Below are positions 19,204 to 28,682 of a stretch of DNA of 37,064 nucleotides, in pieces. The notes beneath the pieces were generated by a model. That model did not search any database. It was given only the letters and a program-made list of their open reading frames with translations, and had not been told where the DNA came from. The stretch lies in the IMG/VR virus record IMGVR_UViG_2778261631_000004. One strand, written 5' to 3'. Within the stretch, counting starts at the first letter, position 1, and every line of letters starts with the position of its first letter. This DNA comes from a virus (taxonomy: Duplodnaviria > Heunggongvirae > Uroviricota > Caudoviricetes). A program made the translations under genes and the position numbers.

Positions 19204-19854
19204 TCAGCGGCTGTCATTGCGCAGTCTGCGCTCCAGCTGCTGTTTGTCTTTTTTCACGCCACAGCGGGGATCGAGCTGTAACGCATGGTTGAGATGATTA
19301 AGGGCGGAAGCCGGGTTGCTTTCACTCAGGACAGCGCCAATCGCTTTATGCAGACGCGCCCGTGACTGGTCCGGCATATCCAGACCGTCTGTCAGCTCCA
19401 GCGTCTGCAGCAACAGATCGGCATCAAAGCCGGTGGCGGCAAGCATTGCGCTCTGCGCCGCGTCTGCCATTTCCTCTGCCAGCACGGTCTGCACATTGCG
19501 ATTACCCAGTGGCATCACCCAGCCATGACGCAGGGCATGACGCCCGATCTCCAGCGCCCCGGCATAATCTCCGGCATCAATGCGCCACAGCATCACGTAC
19601 ATCAGCACGTCATCCTGTTGAGCGCCTCCGGCAGCCAGGACACCCTCTGCCCAGGCGACGTATTTCGGCAGCAGCTCCACCTTGATTTCCGCTTTTTTGA
19701 CCGTGGACTGAACGCCCTTGAGACGGCGGCGGTCTTCCGCCAGTTGCAGCAGCATCAGGTCATAGCCCGACGCGTGGCGAACACTGCCGCCCTCGCGGGC
19801 GGCCTGTTCAGCCTGAACGCGCAGGCGATGCTGCCGTGCGGGACTCAGGCTCAT
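19204..19854 (-). CDS. M: Terminase small (endonuclease) subunit M
   Basis: 216-aa ORF after the capsid gene. Confidence 0.85.
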   Translation of the reverse strand: MSLSPARQHRLRVQAEQAAREGGSVRHASGYDLMLLQLAEDRRRLKGVQSTVKKAEIKVELLPKYVAWAEGVLAAGGAQQDDVLMYVMLWRIDAGDYAGALEIGRHALRHGWVMPLGNRNVQTVLAEEMADAAQSAMLAATGFDADLLLQTLELTDGLDMPDQSRARLHKAIGAVLSESNPASALNHLNHALQLDPRCGVKKDKQQLERRLRNDSR

Positions 19855-19857
19855 GGA

Positions 19858-20916
19858 TTACGCTCCGGTTTCTGCTGCGGCGGCGCTGAAGTCGCCAATC
19901 TGGATGTTTTCCACCAGTGCGGCGCAGCGGTAGTCCTCAACCACATAGGCTTCGTTAACGGATTCAAAGTTTTCAATCCGGTCACGTTTCGGGTTGTCGA
20001 TAACTGAACGGCGGCGAGTGTCTTCCTGCCAGTAGATGGACAGGTTATCCAGACGGGTGATCAGCAGCGCATTCGGCGGGAAGAACGGCGCACGCACTGC
20101 CTGCAGGCCACCCATGCGTTTTTGGCTGATGATCATATCTGCAGCCAGTTTTTCACTGTTCTCCTGCTCTTTGTTGACCAGCGGGAAATACTTGTCAGAC
20201 AACAGTTCACGACCGCAAATCACCACCAGATCGTCATCGTCCTGGTAAACCACGTCGATAAGCTCATTGACGGCATCCATCACCACGGCGTCCAGGTTGG
20301 CATATTCGCCACCTTTGCCGACTTTCACTGCGCCCGGTGTGGTTTCACCGCCCGTGGTGGTGCTGCCCATGACGTGATCCGGTGCATCCTCACGGATTTT
20401 CTGCAGCCAGCCTTTATTTACATCCTGCAGCAGTGGGTTTTCGCTACGGTTGGAGGTTTTCGCACGCTTCACGCCGTTAAAACCGATCATGATGCGGTCC
20501 AGTGCCTGACGTTTCACGATGGCATCACGGATGCGCACCTGGAAATCCTGAAACTTCGCCCACAGGTCCAGCTTCGCGTAGGTCAGTACCGTGTCAAAGT
20601 TGGTCTGCTCGCATTTATATTCCACATCGACCATCAGCGTCGGATCGACAGGCTCACGCTCTTTTGCGGTGGTATCAGTGGTTCCGGCAATGGTGCTGCC
20701 AACACCCAGCCCCAGCAACTGACCAGACTGCTCAGTCACTGGCGTGACGTTAATCAGCGTCAGGAATGCGGCGGATTGCTGGATCTGGTCTTCCAGCGTC
20801 TGCTGCACGGACGGCTCCACAGTGAACTTGCTGGACAGTTCTTCAACTGCCACACCGTTCAGACGCGCCAGCTGCTGCAGGTAAGCGTTAAAAGCAAAGC
20901 GGGTATTCTTCTTCAT
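19858..20916 (-). CDS. N: Major capsid protein N
   Basis: 352-aa ORF, P2 gpN-like size and position. Confidence 0.9.
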   Translation of the reverse strand: MKKNTRFAFNAYLQQLARLNGVAVEELSSKFTVEPSVQQTLEDQIQQSAAFLTLINVTPVTEQSGQLLGLGVGSTIAGTTDTTAKEREPVDPTLMVDVEYKCEQTNFDTVLTYAKLDLWAKFQDFQVRIRDAIVKRQALDRIMIGFNGVKRAKTSNRSENPLLQDVNKGWLQKIREDAPDHVMGSTTTGGETTPGAVKVGKGGEYANLDAVVMDAVNELIDVVYQDDDDLVVICGRELLSDKYFPLVNKEQENSEKLAADMIISQKRMGGLQAVRAPFFPPNALLITRLDNLSIYWQEDTRRRSVIDNPKRDRIENFESVNEAYVVEDYRCAALVENIQIGDFSAAAAETGA

Positions 20917-20932
20917 CAGGTTTTGTGCTCCA

Positions 20933-21766
20933 TCAGCAATTTGTCAGAGTGTCAGCGGGGGCATTACCGCCTGTTGCACGCTGGCGGTAGTCCTGGCGGC
21001 TGTCTTCATGGCTCAGTTTGTCCACCAGTTCATTAAAGGTGGTCAGCTGTGCCTGCAGGGCTGTCTCCAGCTCAGACAGGCGTTCTTCCTGTTCAGACAG
21101 GGATTTTTCGGTGCGCGCACTCAGGTTTTGCTGCTCAGTGGCGACCAGCTCCACGGCCTTATGCACATCAGAGAACCGGGCATCATCGGACTGCTCTTTT
21201 TTGGTGAACAGCGCCGTGACACGGGCAAACAGGGATGGTTTTTCGTCCTGGACTTCTTCCAGTTCGATCACCGTTTCCTCTGCAGCGGTAAAGAGATTGG
21301 CGGGGTTCTGCTTGCGGTTTGCCAGCGGGTTATGGGCTGCACTGGCGCTGAATGTCAGCATTTCAGTGCCCAGACTGGCAGGGTCATCAGTGGCAGCCAG
21401 GCCAACCAGGTAGGCTTTGCCCGTATCAGCAAACTTCGGGCTGACTTCCATAGAGGTGAATAATTTCTGGCCTTTTTTCACCAGCTCCACCAGGGACTCC
21501 GTTGGCTCAACGTCGGCATACAGCGCCATCTTGCCAGCCAGTGGACCTTCCGTGATTTCTTCAGCAAACAGCGCCGTCACCTTGCCGTAGCGGTTAAAGG
21601 TGCTGTCCGGCAGATAAGACTTGATGTGCTCAAGGTTAATCAGCGCGGTATACACCGCCGGGTTGTAGCTGGCTGCCATCTGTTCCAGCCATTCACGCTG
21701 GATTTCGCGTCCGTCGGTGGTGGCACCTTCCACCCCGATGCGAAAACGCTTTGCTTTCACTGTCAT
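20933..21766 (-). CDS. O: Capsid scaffolding protein O
   Basis: 277-aa ORF, first gene of the O-N-M-L operon, divergent from P. Confidence 0.85.
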   Translation of the reverse strand: MTVKAKRFRIGVEGATTDGREIQREWLEQMAASYNPAVYTALINLEHIKSYLPDSTFNRYGKVTALFAEEITEGPLAGKMALYADVEPTESLVELVKKGQKLFTSMEVSPKFADTGKAYLVGLAATDDPASLGTEMLTFSASAAHNPLANRKQNPANLFTAAEETVIELEEVQDEKPSLFARVTALFTKKEQSDDARFSDVHKAVELVATEQQNLSARTEKSLSEQEERLSELETALQAQLTTFNELVDKLSHEDSRQDYRQRATGGNAPADTLTNC

Positions 21767-21844
21767 GAGCCGTGCTCCGTTAGAAAAAACTTACTGGAGC
21801 CTTATGGTTGCGGTGATGGGGGCAGTGAAACAATGCGCGGTATT

Positions 21845-21862
21845 TGTACCGACAACCACACA
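21845..21862. promoter_or_regulatory. Late-promoter activator site (TGT-N12-ACA dyad) in the divergent O/P control region
   Basis: TGTACCGACAACCACACA in the 142-bp O-P intergenic region. Confidence 0.45.
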
Positions 21863-21908
21863 AACCGCAGGCGGGGAAAGCCGTCATTCAAGGCTGTAGG
21901 TTTGTGCC

Positions 21909-23675
21909 ATGAACACCACACTGACACCCGCAGATCTCGATCCCCGTCGGCAGGCCATGCTGCTGTACTTTCAGGGATACCGCGTAGCCCGCATTGCTGA
22001 AATGCTGGGCGAGAAAGTTGCAACTGTTCACAGCTGGAAAAAACGCGACAAGTGGGGTGACTATGGGCCGCTGGATCAGATGCAGCTCACCACCGCCGCA
22101 CGCTACTGCCAGCTCATTATGAAGGAGCACAAAGAAGGGAAAGATTTCAAAGAGATTGACCTGCTGGCACGCCAGTCTGAGCGCCACGCACGGATCGGCA
22201 AGTTTAACAATGGCGGCAACGAAGCCGACTTAAACCCTAACGTCGCCAACCGCAATAAAGGCCCGCGCCGTCAGCCGGAAAAGAATGTTTTCACCGATGA
22301 ACAGATTGAGAAGCTGGAGGAAATCTTCCATTCCTCCATGTTCAACTACCAGCGCCACTGGTGGGAAGCCGGAAAAACCAATCGCATCCGCAACCTGCTG
22401 AAGTCTCGCCAGATCGGCGCGACCTTTTACTTTGCCCGTGAAGCCCTGATTGACGCCCTGCTGACCGGACGTAACCAGATTTTCCTTTCTGCCAGCAAGG
22501 CTCAGGCCCACGTCTTTAAACAGTACATCATCGACTTTGCCAAAGAAGTGGAGGTGGAGCTGAAAGGCGATCCGATGGTGCTTCCTAACGGGGCCACGCT
22601 TTACTTCCTCGGCACCAATGCCCGCACGGCCCAGAGTTACCACGGCAACCTGTATCTGGATGAGTATTTCTGGATACCGAAATTCCAGGAGCTGCGCAAA
22701 GTGGCTTCCGGTATGGCTATTCACAAAAAATGGCGACAAACCTATTTTTCCACGCCATCCAGTCTGACACACAGTGCTTATCCGTTCTGGTCCGGTGCGC
22801 TGTTCAACCGTGGGCGTAACAAAGCCGATAAGGTGGACATCGACCTGTCCCACAGCAATCTGGCCCCCGGCCTGCTGTGCGCAGACGGGCAATACCGCCA
22901 GATAGTCACCGTGGAAGATGCAGTACGCGGCGGATGTAACCTTTTCGACCTCGATCAGTTGCGCATGGAGTACAGCCCGGACGAATACCAGAACCTGCTA
23001 ATGTGCGAGTTTGTGGACGATCTCGCGTCCGTGTTTCCGCTCAGCGAGCTGCAGGCGTGCATGGTGGACAGTTGGGAAGTCTGGACCGACTTTCATGCAC
23101 TGGCTCTGCGCCCGTTTGGCTGGCGCGAAGTATGGATCGGTTATGACCCGGCGAAAGGTACGCAGAATGGCGACAGTGCCGGATGCGTGGTGGTGGCACC
23201 GCCAGCCGTGTCGGGCGGTAAGTTCCGCATTCTTGAGCGTCACCAGTGGCGCGGGATGGACTTCCGCGCCCAGGCTGACGCCATCAAAAAACTGACTGAA
23301 CAGTACAACGTGACATACATCGGTATCGACTCAACCGGCGTCGGTCACGGGGTTTACGAGAACGTGAAAGCGTTCTTTCCTGCCGTCCGGGAGTTTGTCT
23401 ACAACCCCAACGTTAAAAACGCCCTGGTACTCAAGGCCTACGACATTATCAGTCACCGTCGTCTGGAGTTTGACGCCGGACACACCGACATAGCGCAGTC
23501 ATTTATGGCAATCCGTCGCGCCACCACCGCCAGCGGCAACCGCCCGACCTATGAAGCCAGCCGCAGCGAAGAAGCCAGCCATGCGGATCTGGCATGGGCA
23601 ACAATGCACGCACTGTTTAACGAACCGCTGCAGGGCGAGTCCGCCAATACCAGCAATATTGTGGAGATTTTTTGA
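21909..23675 (+). CDS. P: Terminase large (ATPase) subunit P
   Basis: 588-aa ORF divergent from O, followed by Q with overlapping stop/start. Confidence 0.9.
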   Translation: MNTTLTPADLDPRRQAMLLYFQGYRVARIAEMLGEKVATVHSWKKRDKWGDYGPLDQMQLTTAARYCQLIMKEHKEGKDFKEIDLLARQSERHARIGKFNNGGNEADLNPNVANRNKGPRRQPEKNVFTDEQIEKLEEIFHSSMFNYQRHWWEAGKTNRIRNLLKSRQIGATFYFAREALIDALLTGRNQIFLSASKAQAHVFKQYIIDFAKEVEVELKGDPMVLPNGATLYFLGTNARTAQSYHGNLYLDEYFWIPKFQELRKVASGMAIHKKWRQTYFSTPSSLTHSAYPFWSGALFNRGRNKADKVDIDLSHSNLAPGLLCADGQYRQIVTVEDAVRGGCNLFDLDQLRMEYSPDEYQNLLMCEFVDDLASVFPLSELQACMVDSWEVWTDFHALALRPFGWREVWIGYDPAKGTQNGDSAGCVVVAPPAVSGGKFRILERHQWRGMDFRAQADAIKKLTEQYNVTYIGIDSTGVGHGVYENVKAFFPAVREFVYNPNVKNALVLKAYDIISHRRLEFDAGHTDIAQSFMAIRRATTASGNRPTYEASRSEEASHADLAWATMHALFNEPLQGESANTSNIVEIF

Positions 23676-24712
23676 TGGGAAAGAGTAAGAAAAACCGCGC
23701 TGCGGCGACGAATCAGCTCAAACATAAAGGCCAGACTACAGCCGAAGCATTCAGCTTTGGCGATCCCGTTCCTGTTCTGGACCGCCGTGAACTGCTGGAC
23801 TATGTGGAATGCGTACAGACAGATCGCTGGTATGAGCCGCCAGTGAGTTTTGACGGACTGGCACGAACATTCCGCGCCGCCGTACACCACAGTTCACCGA
23901 TTGCAGTGAAATGCAACATTCTGACCAGCACCTACATCCCTCACCCGCTGCTCAGCCAGCAGGCTTTTTCACGTTTTGTGCAGGACTATCTGGTATTTGG
24001 TAACGCCTACCTGGAGAAACGCACGAACCGGTTCGGTGAAGTTATCGCCCTTGAGCCTGCTCTGGCAAAATACACCCGACGCGGGTTAGACCTGGATACC
24101 TACTGGTTTGTGCAATACGGTATGACAACCCAGCCGTATCAGTTCACGAAAGGCAGCATTTTTCATCTGATGGAACCGGACATCAACCAGGAGATCTACG
24201 GCCTGCCCGGTTATCTTTCTGCCATTCCGTCAGCCCTGCTCAACGAGTCCGCCACGCTGTTCCGCCGCAAGTATTACATTAACGGTAGCCATGCAGGCTT
24301 CATCATGTATATGACCGATGCCGCGCAGAACCAGGAAGATGTGAACAACCTCCGCAACGCAATGAAAAGCGCCAAAGGCCCTGGCAACTTCCGCAATTTG
24401 TTTATGTACTCGCCTAACGGCAAAAAGGACGGGCTTCAGATCATCCCGTTGTCAGAAGTCGCGGCGAAGGATGAGTTTCTGAATATCAAAAATGTCAGTC
24501 GCGATGACATGATGGCAGCACATCGCGTTCCGCCACAGATGATGGGGATAATGCCTAATAATGTTGGGGGATTTGGGGATATAGAGAAGGCAAGCCGTGT
24601 CTTTGTACGTAATGAGTTAACGCCTCTACAACAAAGAATTAAAGAACTAAACGAATGGATAGGCGACCATGTCATGCAATTTATGAAATATACATTTGAC
24701 GATATAAACTAA
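23672..24712 (+). CDS. Q: Portal protein Q
   Basis: 346-aa ORF after P. Confidence 0.9.
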   Translation: MMGKSKKNRAAATNQLKHKGQTTAEAFSFGDPVPVLDRRELLDYVECVQTDRWYEPPVSFDGLARTFRAAVHHSSPIAVKCNILTSTYIPHPLLSQQAFSRFVQDYLVFGNAYLEKRTNRFGEVIALEPALAKYTRRGLDLDTYWFVQYGMTTQPYQFTKGSIFHLMEPDINQEIYGLPGYLSAIPSALLNESATLFRRKYYINGSHAGFIMYMTDAAQNQEDVNNLRNAMKSAKGPGNFRNLFMYSPNGKKDGLQIIPLSEVAAKDEFLNIKNVSRDDMMAAHRVPPQMMGIMPNNVGGFGDIEKASRVFVRNELTPLQQRIKELNEWIGDHVMQFMKYTFDDIN

Positions 24713-24722
24713 TTTTTAAAAT

Positions 24723-24752
24723 AGGGTGCCATCATTTAAGTAATAGCACCCT
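24723..24752. terminator. Putative bidirectional terminator between convergent Q and the cargo operon
   Basis: Stem AGGGTGC/GCACCCT with a long A/T-rich loop, flanked by A/T runs on both sides. Confidence 0.35.
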
Positions 24753-24759
24753 CTACATT

Positions 24760-25455
24760 TTAAAATTTAGCAAGCTCCATATAAGAAATAGCATCATTAA
24801 AGACCGACACATGTTCTTCAGGAATTATTGCCGAGGCTCCACTAGTTAGTTCAAAGCTAAATTTAGAGTCATGATATAGCCCCCCAACTTTTATTTTATC
24901 GAGTTTAAAATCATTATCCAAAACAAATTTTTTCAAATCATTTAGAGCATCTCCACTAGAATTCAGCTCTAAACACGCCCTTGTTTTATCAGTAACAGGA
25001 ACATTTGAAACTTTCACCTTTGAGATGGCGAAAACTTTGACTCCAAACTCCTCCCTAATTATTTTCATAAAAGCCTTGAGATCTACCGTCAAGTTTCCAT
25101 AGGCAACATTTACCCCTTCACCTTTTGACAAGAAATCAATAAAAGACTTAACTGTCTTTGGAGGATTATAAAAAGTCAACAAACATAATTTATTACTTAA
25201 TGTTTGGATAGAAAAACCAATCTGTTCAAAAACAATCCTTTCGAACTCTAAAATATCACCAAATGGATCAGAAACTGGCTCCAACATTATAGTTTTTTTA
25301 TTAAAAGTCGCAGATATTCCATTGTGAATAGTTTCAAACTTAGTAAAACCAGCACCAATAGCATCAGAATAAGGGGTGTTTTTGATAAAATCAAAGATCG
25401 CTTCAGAACTGGTTCTGATCTTTAATCTCATCCACTTTAATCTTAACTGTGACAT
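24760..25455 (-). CDS. Hypothetical protein, cargo gene 3 of 3 (about 231 aa), no recognisable motif
   Basis: A+T-rich ORF; ATG with AAGGAG Shine-Dalgarno 5 nt upstream, 2 codons inside the ORF-track start; 14-nt gap from upstream gene. Confidence 0.6.
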   Translation of the reverse strand: MSQLRLKWMRLKIRTSSEAIFDFIKNTPYSDAIGAGFTKFETIHNGISATFNKKTIMLEPVSDPFGDILEFERIVFEQIGFSIQTLSNKLCLLTFYNPPKTVKSFIDFLSKGEGVNVAYGNLTVDLKAFMKIIREEFGVKVFAISKVKVSNVPVTDKTRACLELNSSGDALNDLKKFVLDNDFKLDKIKVGGLYHDSKFSFELTSGASAIIPEEHVSVFNDAISYMELAKF

Positions 25456-25474
25456 ATCCACTCCTTATGATGAA

Positions 25475-26539
25475 TTAGCTAATTTCCATTATAATAGAAT
25501 AAGCTCTATTTTCAATTAATTTATTAAATCTATCGGTTTCTCTAGCTGAAAGCTTTTGAGGTTTACTGAAATATTGACCGTTAGACTTATATTTTTTCAC
25601 TCCTTTTACTAAATATGAAAAATTAGTACAGTTTAGTGGATCTCCGAATTGAGCTTCGAGTTCATAAATATCTGGGTCTGCTAGTTTCTCTTTAACCTTC
25701 CATTTTATTTTCCAGATATAAAAGCCTCTATCATAAAGATCACTAAGTTCATCAGATTTAAGAACTCCCTCTCCTTTCAGAGATGCTTTTGACACATGAA
25801 CTCCAGTTTCAGTATTTCCCTCTTCTGCTTCTATTGTTTCAGGTTTTGGATGATATACATAAGCATCAGTAACATCGTCTAATTCATATCCATCTAGGCT
25901 ACGGATTAATTTATCGAAAAACAGTGTCCTAACATCTGCGGAGCTATTATGAGCAAGAGTAATTTCGTTTAATTTTAAATCAAGATTACTGTCATTATCT
26001 TGTTCACTCTGGATCGAAATTATATGCCCGAGGAGGAGATCTTCATAATCTTTGAGATTCTCGTTATCGGGACGACGGATGCTATAACCTTTATCAATAG
26101 GCTCGATTTCAATTAAAGCTTCTTTATTTACAGCCTGCTTAAAATCGCTTTTACTATAATTGGTCGATAGATATCTTATATCTATAAGAACTCGAGAACC
26201 ATCAATAATAATTTTACAATAATCATCCTGAGCAGTTATTTCTTTTTTTAACTTCTCTGCTGCCACTATGATATCGTCCTTAGTGACACTGGATTCAATT
26301 CTTACACATGTATTTTTTTCAGCTCTTGTCTGACCTCCGAGTAATGTTGCTATCTTCTGATGTTCATAATAATCATGAGTCATCCGAGAGTAGTTTCTGG
26401 CTAGATCTTTTCTAGGGGTTTTTTTACAAATAATAGTACCTCTTTCCAAGAAAAGATCTTGTATTTCATTTAATGTAATCTGCTTTTGATTCAAAGCATC
26501 ACATAAAGCCTTATCAGTTACACTATGAATATTTTTCAT
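25475..26539 (-). CDS. Hypothetical protein, cargo gene 2 of 3 (about 354 aa), no recognisable motif
   Basis: A+T-rich ORF; start ATG overlaps the stop of the upstream gene in an ATGA arrangement with a GGGAG Shine-Dalgarno; ORF-track start is 4 codons upstream. Confidence 0.65.
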   Translation of the reverse strand: MKNIHSVTDKALCDALNQKQITLNEIQDLFLERGTIICKKTPRKDLARNYSRMTHDYYEHQKIATLLGGQTRAEKNTCVRIESSVTKDDIIVAAEKLKKEITAQDDYCKIIIDGSRVLIDIRYLSTNYSKSDFKQAVNKEALIEIEPIDKGYSIRRPDNENLKDYEDLLLGHIISIQSEQDNDSNLDLKLNEITLAHNSSADVRTLFFDKLIRSLDGYELDDVTDAYVYHPKPETIEAEEGNTETGVHVSKASLKGEGVLKSDELSDLYDRGFYIWKIKWKVKEKLADPDIYELEAQFGDPLNCTNFSYLVKGVKKYKSNGQYFSKPQKLSARETDRFNKLIENRAYSIIMEIS

Positions 26540-27600
26540 TTCGGCTCCCAAGAAATAACCTCAGAAGAAAAGAATTCTTTTACAGTAGAGACAACTTTGA
26601 CATCCAGATCTTCAAGTCTCTTTTTAGCCTCTTCATCCAGTCCATACTCATGAACATACTTTTCGATCCCACGCTGAAAATGCGACATAACTCTATTATC
26701 TTTCTCACGATACGCCAATCTTATTCTAATTTTATTTATACCATCTAAAATTTGATAATTAGAAAGCAAGTCTAGCAAATAAAAGAATTCATTATCGCTA
26801 TTACCTTTTCTATTGTAATATATAACAAATCCCTCTGGATAAACCATTTCCTCAATACCTTTAGCCCTATTGAATTTATAAACAGGACCATGTTTAATAA
26901 TCATAAATGGTGATAACAAAACTTCAATAGTTGCAGGAAGGTATTTTTCAGTTACAGCAACCTTATGGAAAATAAGTTGAGGATAATAGAATCCATAATC
27001 CTCATCTGGAAATTCTTTTTTTGCAATCAAGTCATTCATATCATTCGTTACTGCCAACATATAATTAATAAGAAATGGATCAATTATATGAATTTGCTGA
27101 CCAGCACATAACGGAATCTTTTCTAAGTTTACAGCCTTATCTCTCCTTCCTTTAGTAGGTTTAGGAGGATTAAAGAAATCATAAAAATCATGTTGCAATT
27201 GATTATCATGATTAAAAACAAATAATAAACCTCGAACTTCGAAATCAATTTGAGAAAAGTTATATTTTTCTGACCATTCCTGGCTATATCGAGCACAATC
27301 AATTGTTTTTGCTAAAGACTCTAATGCAGATTCTATCTTTGTTGCATTAATAGAACCAGCCTTATAACTTTTCAAATCAGTATTTAAATAAATAATTTTA
27401 TTTAAATATGGATCTTTATAACTAAATACCACATCCACTGGGTGTGTGTGCTTTTGTTTTTTACCTTCAGGCTTATGTTTTGTTTCATTATCACAAGAGA
27501 AATCTTGGTCACAGGGGCCATGCTGTTGCCACTTAAAACGACTCATAAGATCGTTAGAAATGCGTTTTGCTAAGTCTTCAATAGGGCCATTCTCTGCCAT
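26536..27600 (-). CDS. Hypothetical protein, cargo gene 1 of 3 (354 aa), no recognisable motif
   Basis: A+T-rich ORF with AAGGA Shine-Dalgarno upstream of the ATG; no Walker A or other signature visible. Confidence 0.65.
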   Translation of the reverse strand: MAENGPIEDLAKRISNDLMSRFKWQQHGPCDQDFSCDNETKHKPEGKKQKHTHPVDVVFSYKDPYLNKIIYLNTDLKSYKAGSINATKIESALESLAKTIDCARYSQEWSEKYNFSQIDFEVRGLLFVFNHDNQLQHDFYDFFNPPKPTKGRRDKAVNLEKIPLCAGQQIHIIDPFLINYMLAVTNDMNDLIAKKEFPDEDYGFYYPQLIFHKVAVTEKYLPATIEVLLSPFMIIKHGPVYKFNRAKGIEEMVYPEGFVIYYNRKGNSDNEFFYLLDLLSNYQILDGINKIRIRLAYREKDNRVMSHFQRGIEKYVHEYGLDEEAKKRLEDLDVKVVSTVKEFFSSEVISWEPK

Positions 27601-27635
27601 TTCATTTCCTTACTTTTGCAGACAAATCTCATTGA

Positions 27636-27665
27636 AAGATAAAGGTAAGCTTTTTGCGTTGCAAG
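27636..27665 (-). promoter_or_regulatory. Candidate sigma-70 promoter of the cargo operon
   Basis: Minus-strand TTGCAA, 17-nt spacer, TATCTT about 40 to 60 nt upstream of the first cargo gene; by-eye match only. Confidence 0.3.
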
Positions 27666-27699
27666 AACTTTGGACTTGATGTGAGAAGCTTAACGCGCG

Positions 27700-27722
27700 C
27701 TCGTATCCCCGCCACGCCTGCC
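27700..27722. other. Candidate cos (cohesive-end) site
   Basis: Minus strand reads GGCGTGGCGGGGA, resembling the G-rich cohesive-end core I recall for P2/186; lies between the Q-side and A-side arms as expected. Confidence 0.45.
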
Positions 27723-27760
27723 CGCTTTATGTAGTGGTTTTCATGCACCTGCATGATCTA

Positions 27761-27787
27761 CGCAAAAGCCCGCCAGAACTGGCGGGC
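27761..27787 (-). terminator. Rho-independent terminator after the lipoprotein gene
   Basis: Stem GCCCGCCAG / CTGGCGGGC with 2-nt loop, followed on the minus strand by TTTTG. Confidence 0.45.
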
Positions 27788-27891
27788 CTTAACACAAAAG
27801 ATCCTCAAACGATCATGCGATCTCATGCAGCATAGACATGCGCGTTTATGCAGAATGTGCAAAATCGTAACATACTCAGTAAGCGTGAAAC

Positions 27892-28569
27892 CTAGAACGT
27901 GACAGCCTTGTCAAAGCCAGAAATAATTGTATAAGAAATAGACGAGTTATCAGCCTTGTTCACTTTGAACTTGGCACCTTTGTAAGCGATAACATCACTT
28001 CCCTTAGAATCTACAGAAAAATCTGTTGTAAATGCTGCACGAGCCATATCGTTTGCAAATTCACGATAGGTGAACTTCATTACACCGCCTGCATTTCCAT
28101 TGTATTCGATAGTCTTAACCAATGAATTACTCACTCGACACAGCCCATCAGGAACACGTTTGATAGAAATTTCTGATGCAGTATAAGAAGTGCCATTTGG
28201 CGGTGATATCTCATTTTTTGCAGCATCGTAACTAACATAATCAACATAGTTACCGATTTGCCCATAGAGATTTTTTAACGCAACAGCTTGAGGGTTATGA
28301 TAATTGCGGTAAATTCCATTCCCCTCACTGCAATATGTACCAGCAGCGATAGAAGACAATGCACCATTAGCCGCACCAAGTTCTAGTACGTCCGTTTTAA
28401 ATCCAGTAGCAGATGTGATAATGGGATCGCCCATGTAGGCGGTAGCACTTTGCCCAATAGCTGGCTTCACCACTTCAATAGCAGTGATATTTCGGTTAGA
28501 AGCATGTGGCACGCAACCAGTTAGGATTACAGCAAGAGATATTGGTAACGCTACATTATTAATTTTCAT
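27892..28569 (-). CDS. Predicted lipoprotein of unknown function (accessory/moron gene)
   Basis: Signal peptide ending in lipobox LTGC (MKINNVALPISLAVILTGC), Gly/Ser/Thr/Asn-rich mature part; start placed at internal Met; own terminator downstream. Confidence 0.65.
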   Translation of the reverse strand: MKINNVALPISLAVILTGCVPHASNRNITAIEVVKPAIGQSATAYMGDPIITSATGFKTDVLELGAANGALSSIAAGTYCSEGNGIYRNYHNPQAVALKNLYGQIGNYVDYVSYDAAKNEISPPNGTSYTASEISIKRVPDGLCRVSNSLVKTIEYNGNAGGVMKFTYREFANDMARAAFTTDFSVDSKGSDVIAYKGAKFKVNKADNSSISYTIISGFDKAVTF

Positions 28570-28682
28570 TTTTAGCCTATTATTCTTTTCTTGACAAAAA
28601 ACAAGGCGATATCTGATTGACATCGCCTCTCACTCATATGTAACCCTTTTTGATTAGTAAAAACAAGCGTCTATTGACAAAA

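Noticed and set aside
20122-21036. 304-aa plus-strand ORF opposite capsid genes N/O
   Set aside because: Antisense to two well-supported capsid genes; His/Gln/Leu-rich translation typical of reverse-strand reading.
22230-22892. 220-aa minus-strand ORF inside terminase gene P
   Set aside because: Antisense shadow ORF; P is supported by context and size.
24760-27600. Possibility that the cargo operon is a retron, Old-like nuclease or Gabija/Septu-type ATPase system
   Set aside because: No reverse-transcriptase YxDD motif and no Walker A/B ATPase motif in any of the three proteins; an AGQQ stretch in the first protein does not match the DGQQR motif of DUF262/GmrSD nucleases.
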